Source: Psychrobacter sp. DM4 (GTDB lineage Bacteria; Pseudomonadota; Gammaproteobacteria; Pseudomonadales; Moraxellaceae). Taken from it: DNA of 32,000 nucleotides. Made by a program: the position numbers and the translations under genes. This document shows positions 26,554 to 32,000 of this stretch, piece after piece (position 1 is the stretch's first letter; every line of letters begins with the position of its first letter). Under the pieces are notes generated by a model. That model did not search any database. It was not told where the DNA came from and saw only the letters and a program-made list of their open reading frames with translations. Where the stretch lies: assembly GCF_051307035.1 (NCBI RefSeq), contig NZ_CP195536.1:2250001-2282000 (forward strand). Reading direction: 5' to 3'.

Positions 26554-27186
26554 CTATTTAATCGCTATCCAAAACATCTCTTTTGATCTGGCTCTTGACG
26601 CTGCAGGCTTGATGCTTCGCACTTTGCTAAAATCATTTTGCATCTGCTGACGTAGCTCTTGTGTACCTGCGCCTTGAAATACCTTCATGATTAAGGCGCC
26701 GCCATCAGGCAACGTCGATAAGGCAAAATCGACAGCTAGCTCACACAAGTACATCATACGCGGCTGATCTACCGCACTATTCCCCGCTGTATTGGGCGCC
26801 ATATCAGACAATACGACATCTACTTGATACTCTCCGACCTCAGACATTATTTTGTCAAAGATTTCAGCTTCCCGAAAATCTCCTTGAATGAAGGTGACAT
26901 CAGGCAAAGCATCCATCGGTAAAATATCTGAAGCAATCAACGTACCTTTTTCACCAACCAGTTGACTTGCAACCTGCGACCAGCTGCCAGGTGCGCAGCC
27001 CAAATCCACGACAGTCATTCCTTTTTTGATAAGATTAGTCTTGTCGTTGATCTCAATTAACTTGTAAGCGGCGCGCGCACGGTAGCCTTCTTTTTGTGCC
27101 TTTTGTACGTAATGGTCGTCCAAGTGCTCTTTCATCCAAGCGCGGCTGCTTTTTGACAAAGTCTTGTTTTCGATACGCGTAGCCAA
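26554..27186 (-). CDS. rlmE: 23S rRNA (uridine2552-2'-O)-methyltransferase RlmE (FtsJ)
   Basis: SRAWMKEHLDDHYVQKAQKEGYRARAAYKLIEINDK aligns with E. coli [33 protein letters not shown]. The SAM motif VVDLGCAPGSWSQ is present. TTG start with GGAG 6 nt upstream. Confidence 0.93.
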   Translation of the reverse strand: MATRIENKTLSKSSRAWMKEHLDDHYVQKAQKEGYRARAAYKLIEINDKTNLIKKGMTVVDLGCAPGSWSQVASQLVGEKGTLIASDILPMDALPDVTFIQGDFREAEIFDKIMSEVGEYQVDVVLSDMAPNTAGNSAVDQPRMMYLCELAVDFALSTLPDGGALIMKVFQGAGTQELRQQMQNDFSKVRSIKPAASRARSKEMFWIAIK

Positions 27187-27428
27187 ATCTTGCTCCTATT
27201 GCTTTATGCCTCTTATCTATACTGCTGACTTATTTTGAGCAGCAACTCGTATATCCTAAAACCTAACTGTCTAAAAGACTATGAGTTTAAAACCTGTTTT
27301 ATAATGCTATAGCGTTTATAATACTCTTAATAGTACTAGTTTAGCATTTTCAGTAAGCAAAATCGTGCGCTATAGACGATAATACTGATTAACTTTTTTA
27401 ACCATATTTAATAAAAGACAGGAAAATT

Positions 27429-27740
27429 ATGGAACTCGACAACGCGACAATCAAACGCCTAAAAGGCATCGGTCATGAACTAAAACCTATTGTTATGATC
27501 GGCAACAATGGCGTGACCCCTGCTATCTCTGAAGAGATCAATCGCGCCTTAGATGATCATGAGCTCATTAAAATAAAATTGCCCGCAGGTAACAAACATG
27601 ATCGCGATGTAGTCAGTACTGAAATTGCAACAACTGCTAAAGCAACGGTCATTCACACTATTGGTCGTATGGCCTTGCTACTACGTCAAAATCCCAATGC
27701 CAATCCCAAATTATCCAATTTAGCTCGTCACGCGCAGTAG
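27429..27740 (+). CDS. yhbY: ribosome-assembly RNA-binding protein YhbY (CRM domain)
   Basis: 103 aa. LKGIGHELKPIVMIGNNGVTPAISEEINRALDDHELIKIKL is the CRM/YhbY signature. It is divergent from rlmE as in E. coli. Confidence 0.9.
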   Translation: MELDNATIKRLKGIGHELKPIVMIGNNGVTPAISEEINRALDDHELIKIKLPAGNKHDRDVVSTEIATTAKATVIHTIGRMALLLRQNPNANPKLSNLARHAQ

Positions 27741-27775
27741 TTCATTTTAACGCCTTTAATTTATATGATTATAGC

Positions 27776-27806
27776 AAAGCCGCAGCACCTGATTGTTCGC
27801 GGCTTT
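27776..27806 (+). terminator. possible terminator after yhbY
   Basis: 8-bp stem AAAGCCGC (27776-27783) / GCGGCTTT (27799-27806) with a 15-nt loop and only a short T-run. Confidence 0.35.
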
Positions 27807-27892
27807 ACCATAAGCGACTTTTATACCTTCACCGTTCCACTTTAAATTTAACGCTTTCTTATCAGTGCAAATTCTATTAGTGCTTACTTATC

Positions 27893-28570
27893 ATGACTCA
27901 AAATCTTAATTTAACTCTAGCGACTGACAGTATAAATACGGATGCTAAAAATATTGGCGTTAGCGTAGATTGTCTCGAACAGATTGAAGTTTGCGTTAGC
28001 GTAGATATCATCCAAAAACCAGAGCCAAGTCTTTTATTGCATTTTAGAATAAGGCTTTTTGATGATACTTTGGCCGACCAATTAGACTGGCTAGACTGGC
28101 AACCGCAAAATGTCAGCTCTCAAGATTACTTATGGGAGCGCACTTGTCTTGAATGCTTTATAAAAGGCACTCCGCTAAATCAAGATCAAACCAATCGCTA
28201 TATCGAAATTAACGTCAGTCCAAGTGGTCATTACGCATTTTATAAGTTTGAGAGTTACCGTAACCCTGCCACCCTACCGCCCATACCTTTATTAAAAAGA
28301 GACACCACTAGCGGTCATGCTGACATCATATGGCATGAAACCAATATGATGAATGCCATTAACAATACAGGTACTTATCAGCGTAAATTTGCTATTCCTT
28401 TGGCTCAGCTACCACAAGATATCTTTGATTATCAGAGTCTCACGATTGAGCGCTTTAATCTAAGTGTCATCCTCTATTTTGCCAGTACGCCCTTGTACTT
28501 TGCGCCCGGTTATCTTACTCCGCCTGACTTTCATGATCAGCGCTACTGGCTAGACTTTAACAACTGTTAG
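27893..28570 (+). CDS. hypothetical protein (possibly CBM9/DOMON-like beta-sandwich)
   Basis: 225-aa ORF filling an otherwise empty interval, with no signal peptide or TM segment. The segment DYLWERTCLECFIKG...NRYIEINVSPSGHYAFYKFESYR loosely resembles the LW..D.vE.F...YyEf.vnP.G pattern of CBM9-like domains. This is a weak call from memory. Confidence 0.45.
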   Translation: MTQNLNLTLATDSINTDAKNIGVSVDCLEQIEVCVSVDIIQKPEPSLLLHFRIRLFDDTLADQLDWLDWQPQNVSSQDYLWERTCLECFIKGTPLNQDQTNRYIEINVSPSGHYAFYKFESYRNPATLPPIPLLKRDTTSGHADIIWHETNMMNAINNTGTYQRKFAIPLAQLPQDIFDYQSLTIERFNLSVILYFASTPLYFAPGYLTPPDFHDQRYWLDFNNC

Positions 28571-28606
28571 TCAGTACATCTTTATAACTTCAAACTTCTT
28601 ACAAGC

Positions 28607-28636
28607 AAAAACCCAGTAATACGGTGATTACTGGGT
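28607..28636 (-). terminator. rho-independent terminator after the secreted amidase-like gene (also closes the convergent + strand gene)
   Basis: Stem ACCCAGTAAT (28611-28620) / ATTACTGGGT (28627-28636) with loop ACGGTG. On the minus strand it is followed by TTTTTGCTTG. Confidence 0.7.
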
Positions 28637-28669
28637 TTAACTGTCTACCAACACCCGACTGCGAAGCGA

Positions 28670-29389
28670 TTAGTCAGCCATAGCAAGGTAAATTCCACGG
28701 TTTGAGGCGTCGTCAACATATTCTGAATCACGCCATGTGGTATAGCTGTGAGTGCCGCTATAGGGATTAATGCTGTTCTGACGAAAATCAGATACCCAGT
28801 CGTTACCATCAAAGATCTGAATATGACCATGTGGACGGCTTGAGGTACGATTAAAAACAACCACGTCGCCTACTTGCGGTGACATATCATTACCGATCTT
28901 AGTAAAGCCTGCGTTAGATAGCGTGCCACGAGAGGCGTATTGATAAGCTGACGGGTTCGGCGTGAACTCATAACCTGCAGACTGTAGTGCTTTACGCACA
29001 TAGCGGGCACAGTAACCAGAGCTTCTAGATAATGCAGCTCTTGAAGCACGAGCGGCAGCAATAGCAGGCGCTGAATTGCGATCTATAACCTTGGTCATTT
29101 GCTGCTTTTCATAAGATAAGCGGCTAGTCAATGAGGCGAGCTGATATTCTTTTTGTTTGGCATGAGCACTTAGATTATCGATAGCTTGACTGATTTCGTC
29201 GTTGCTGTAGACATGAGCGCTACTGTTGGTGCTATATATATTGCGGCTAGAGCCATAGTTTGATGAAGCAGAGATATTGGTTATTGTTTGGCTAAGAGTA
29301 TTGTTTGGTTGAAAGGTCGTTTCTACAGCACCACTAGTTTGTGCTACGCCCATACCCAATACCGACAAAATCAATAAAGCTTTTTTCAT
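28670..29389 (-). CDS. secreted papain-fold (NlpC/P60- or CHAP-like) putative peptidoglycan amidase/peptidase
   Basis: 239 aa. It has a Sec signal peptide (MKKALLILSVLGMGVAQTSGAV, no lipobox Cys) followed by a Ser/Asn-rich and coiled-coil-like linker. The C-terminal ~110 aa carry a Cys...His pair in typical contexts (SGYCARYVRKALQSAGY ... PQVGDVVVF ... PHGHIQIFDGNDWVSDFRQ). Confidence 0.55.
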   Translation of the reverse strand: MKKALLILSVLGMGVAQTSGAVETTFQPNNTLSQTITNISASSNYGSSRNIYSTNSSAHVYSNDEISQAIDNLSAHAKQKEYQLASLTSRLSYEKQQMTKVIDRNSAPAIAAARASRAALSRSSGYCARYVRKALQSAGYEFTPNPSAYQYASRGTLSNAGFTKIGNDMSPQVGDVVVFNRTSSRPHGHIQIFDGNDWVSDFRQNSINPYSGTHSYTTWRDSEYVDDASNRGIYLAMAD

Positions 29390-29647
29390 AAAATTTACTA
29401 CCTATGTTAATGCAAGATTACTCGTCATCCGTAACGAAGTATCAATTAATTTATAGGATATTATTATCAATTAAACATGATAAAATCCTGAGTAAAGCTG
29501 CGTCCTATTTAGTCTACAGCGGTGGACCTTGGCATCATTACCTTAGTAGTCTCTCGCCTCGTAAATCGTTTGCTATTGTTATGTGTAACACCAATTAGCC
29601 AATTTTTTGTAAGTATCGCCTTGATCATATAAAGATGAGTCAATTCA

Positions 29648-30151
29648 ATGTCAAAAAAACAACCTAATCGGCTTGCCAAGCTTATCGATCATCAAGCTTT
29701 TGCTGGTAGCGCGCTACCTAGAACACTTGCTGATAATATGCAGCTGTATACAGAGGCTACCGATGAGATAAAGAGTTTATTGGTAGATTGTCTACCTGAG
29801 GAGATTCTCGATACCTGTATGGTAGTCGGTTTAACCGCTAAGCAAGTGACGCTTAGTGTGGGTTCAACCACTGCCGCTAACCATATGCGTTACTTACAAA
29901 ATGCATATCTAAAAGTACTAAAAGACCAATCAGTTACCTTTAATCAACTCGAGCATATACGTCTTGTAGTTACGAATAACTTTGATGCTAGAGAGCAATC
30001 TAATTTGGTAAAAACATCGTCGAAATCAAATGAAGCCGTTACCAACCGAGCCCTTAGCCAGAACACAAAGCGGACTATAGCACAGGCAGCAGACCATGTC
30101 ACGGTAGACGAAAACCTCAAAATGGCACTTTTGAGACTAGCAAATGACTAG
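29648..30151 (+). CDS. DciA-like protein (DUF721; candidate replicative-helicase loader/operator)
   Basis: 167 aa. LPEEILDTCMVVGLTAKQVTLSVGSTTAANHMRYLQNAYLKVLKDQSVTFNQLEHIRLVV fits the DUF721 pattern (Lp.....c.v......L.l.v.s...a..LRy....ll..L.......l..i...v). A DUF721 gene next to lpxC is, as I recall, also seen in Pseudomonas and Vibrio. Motif-level call only. Confidence 0.5.
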   Translation: MSKKQPNRLAKLIDHQAFAGSALPRTLADNMQLYTEATDEIKSLLVDCLPEEILDTCMVVGLTAKQVTLSVGSTTAANHMRYLQNAYLKVLKDQSVTFNQLEHIRLVVTNNFDAREQSNLVKTSSKSNEAVTNRALSQNTKRTIAQAADHVTVDENLKMALLRLAND

Positions 30152-30236
30152 AAATACACTTTTAAGAATGTAAAGTTATGTAATTAAAAATAAAATTATA
30201 GTGCCATACTTCTTTAATTTTCTTATCTGCAAAAGC

Positions 30237-30295
30237 AAAAAAACCACCTTAGAAAGTCATTCGATTTGCGAATTTATTTCTAAAGTGGTTTTTTA
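30237..30295. terminator. long bidirectional terminator hairpin between the convergent DciA-like gene and lpxC
   Basis: A-run (30237-30243), outer stem CCACCTTAGAAA (30244-30255) / TTTCTAAAGTGG (30277-30288, 1 mismatch), inner stem ATTCG/CGAAT, then a T-run (30289-30294). Confidence 0.65.
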
Positions 30296-30437
30296 TGCGA
30301 CTAAGCTTAGGTATTACGTAGTGTCCGATATATCCATATATATGCATACAAATCTGAACATAAGAAAGCGAATTATAAGTGAACCGATTTGTGTAATCTT
30401 ACGTAATTGTTTCGATACATCGTGTATATCCGTGTAT

Positions 30438-31355
30438 TCATCCTTCAACCATATAGTCATTTATCGTTAAATAATCGATAGGACAGGTTACATTGTCATC
30501 AAATGTTACAATTTCGAAATTATCGTGGTCAGATAATATCTCTCGAACGAGTAGATTATTGAGAGCATGTCCTGATTTGTATGCATTGAAACGACCTAAA
30601 ATAGGATAACCTATCAGATATAAATCACCTAATGCATCTAAAATCTTGTGACGGACAAACTCATCACTGAACCTCAGACCTTCAGCATTGAGTACGCGAG
30701 CATCATCGATAACGATAGCATTGTCCATGCTACCCCCTAGAGCGAGATTGTTATTACGCAAGGTCTCGATATCTCGCAAAAAACCAAAAGTACGAGCTGA
30801 GCTCAGCTCCTCGATAAAATTTTGCGTAGAAAAGTCCAATTGTGCATATTGATAATCTTTGTCAAAAGCAGGATGATCAAAATCAATTTCAAAATTTAGC
30901 TCAAAACCATCATAAGGTTTCAGCTCTGCCCACTTATCATCAACCTCAACTCTAACGGGTCGTACGATTTTTAAGAACTTTTTAAGCTCATTTTGCTCAC
31001 GAAAACCTGCTTGTAGCAGCAACCCTATAAAAGGTGCAGCGCTACCATCCATAATAGGAATCTCTGAGTCAGAGACACGTATCAGTAGGTTATCAATGCC
31101 AAGTCCTGCAATAGCACTTAGTAGGTGTTCTACGGTACCCACGCGCGTACCACCAAATACTAGGTTTGATGACATCATGGTGTCTTGGACTAAAAAAGCA
31201 CTAGCAGGAATAGGCGATGAGCCTACAATATCTGAACGCTCAAACACGATACCTGTGTCACAAGGTTGTGGATGAAACTCTAAATCAACAGGTTTGCCAC
31301 TATGTAGACCGATACCTGTAACAGCAATAACTGCTTTTATAGTTCGTTGATTCAT
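30438..31355 (-). CDS. lpxC: UDP-3-O-acyl-N-acetylglucosamine deacetylase LpxC
   Basis: 305 aa. [27 protein letters not shown] aligns with E. coli [35 protein letters not shown], the [10 protein letters not shown] zinc/active-site motif and ...SGHALNN are present. Confidence 0.96.
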   Translation of the reverse strand: [305 protein letters not shown]

Positions 31356-31438
31356 GGCTGCTCTCTCACATATTTTGTTACAATTGCCCTAGTGTATCAC
31401 TAGTTATCCCTTATTCGCTATAGTGAAGACATGATAAT

Positions 31439-31457
31439 TTATCAATACTATTGATAA
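31439..31457. promoter_or_regulatory. perfect 19-bp palindrome TTATCAATAcTATTGATAA upstream of lpxC (candidate operator)
   Basis: 9-bp arms at 31439-31447 and 31449-31457 around a central C. A third related half-site TCAATAG lies at 31471-31477. The palindrome is 84-102 bp upstream of the lpxC ATG. Confidence 0.3.
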
Positions 31458-31608
31458 GCTGCGCTTGTTGTCAATAGTATATCTTCTTATTTTATTAAAC
31501 AGCGTCTAAATAAAACCCATATAAACAAGGCCTTACCGCTTTCGTAGATACAAGTTATTAGTGTCTGATTGTTTCTATGACCTAATAATTTACTTAATAA
31601 ACTCCCAC

Positions 31609-31635
31609 AAAAAAGCCAACAACCCAGTGCTGGCT
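31609..31635 (-). terminator. rho-independent terminator after ftsZ
   Basis: On the minus strand: stem AGCCAGCA / TGTTGGCT (one G-U pair), 6-nt loop, followed by TTTTTTGTGGG. It lies about 57 bp after the ftsZ stop. Confidence 0.55.
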
Positions 31636-31691
31636 CTTTTCCTATATGTTTCAAAAAACTTATGACATTACTTTATCTACTCTCATCAGAA

Positions 31692-32000
31692 CTATTTATT
31701 CTGCTGACGCTTGAGATAGTCTTGAATGCTGTTCGTTTTGGTTTTTTGGTCTTCTTGAGCAACAGTACTACGTAACGTATTGTCTTGGTAGGTTTTAGTA
31801 TGAGCCTGTTTTTGACTATTCAAGGCACTAGTATGCACGCTAGGATCAACAGATTGAGTGCTGTTGACAGAAGGTACAGGCGGTTCAGAGACAGCCTCTT
31901 TACCCGCATTTTCATCTAACGTTAGACCTGTCGCGATAACAGTCACATGAAGATCATCACCCATTTTCTCATCAATAACCGAACCATAAAAAATGTGCGC
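31692..32000 (-). CDS. ftsZ: cell-division GTPase FtsZ, C-terminal part only (gene continues right of the window)
   Basis: The in-frame translation continues to the window edge (...AHIFYGSVIDEKMGDDLHVTVIATGL...). This matches the end of the FtsZ globular domain (VTVVATG), followed by a disordered linker and a short conserved C-terminal peptide (IQDYLKRQ). Its position upstream of lpxC matches other gammaproteobacteria. Confidence 0.85.
   Translation of the reverse strand, partial: AHIFYGSVIDEKMGDDLHVTVIATGLTLDENAGKEAVSEPPVPSVNSTQSVDPSVHTSALNSQKQAHTKTYQDNTLRSTVAQEDQKTKTNSIQDYLKRQQNK

Noticed and set aside
27893-29389. Effector-immunity pair formed by the secreted amidase-like protein and the neighbouring 225-aa protein
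   Set aside because: The genes are convergent rather than co-directional. The 225-aa protein has no signal peptide or lipobox, so it would not meet a periplasmic toxin.
29404-29598. 64-aa plus-strand ORF in the amidase / DciA-like divergent intergenic region
   Set aside because: It is short, lacks an SD and lies in what is most likely the shared promoter region. It has no recognisable features, but I cannot fully exclude a small protein.
30201-30470. 89-aa plus-strand ORF between the DciA-like gene and lpxC
   Set aside because: It runs straight through the bidirectional terminator hairpin (30237-30295) and overlaps the lpxC 3' end. It has AT-rich codon usage and no SD.
1-32000. Mobile elements, CRISPR arrays, rRNA/tRNA genes, prophage or defence islands
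   Set aside because: I scanned the translations and intergenic DNA. I found no transposase, integrase or recombinase motifs, no arrays of regularly spaced repeats and no terminal inverted repeats flanking a gene block. Every large ORF except four or five small unknowns is a recognisable housekeeping gene.

Overview
This window reads as chromosomal core sequence from a gammaproteobacterium. Gene content and order (gmk-rpoZ-spoT-ridA; yhbY divergent from rlmE-ftsH-folP; lpxC-ftsZ), moderate A+T richness, acidic or low-complexity protein extensions and a SpoT with a decayed synthetase domain suggest Moraxellaceae (Psychrobacter/Acinetobacter-like). That assignment is inference only. I support about 27 protein genes. 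Left to right they are: an edge-truncated membrane protein, htpG, a thioesterase-like gene, a small membrane ORF, ispH, gmk, rpoZ, spoT, ridA, priA, a His-rich CDF metal exporter, a 234-aa unknown, a KefB/KefC-type CPA2 antiporter, a DUF2628/pilin-like fusion, trmB, recA, a long recX, a YidB-like gene, a ygfX-like/sdhE pair, folP, ftsH, rlmE, yhbY, a 225-aa unknown, a secreted papain-fold amidase-like protein, a DciA-like (DUF721) protein, lpxC and the 3' end of ftsZ. I also call a set of rho-independent terminators and two sigma32-type heat-shock promoters (htpG, ftsH). By eye I found no rRNA, tRNA, CRISPR array, transposase, integrase or phage genes, and I did not find a convincing novel multi-gene (e.g. 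defence) system. The most unusual element is a 908-bp ORF-free, AT-rich spacer between trmB and recA. It carries three DnaA boxes within 35 bp (one facing two tandem perfect boxes), an AT-rich tract with a repeated 13-mer, and a fourth near-consensus box. This could be a DARS/datA-like DnaA-regulatory locus, DnaA-dependent control of recA, or less likely an origin. Lesser points of interest are the degenerate SpoT synthetase domain, the DUF2628-pilin-like fusion, a ~185-aa disordered N-terminal extension with A8-A9 homopolymers on RecX, an orphan secreted amidase next to the DciA-like gene, and small tandem and palindromic repeats in intergenic DNA. All functional calls rest on my recognition of motifs in the supplied translations; no database search was possible.
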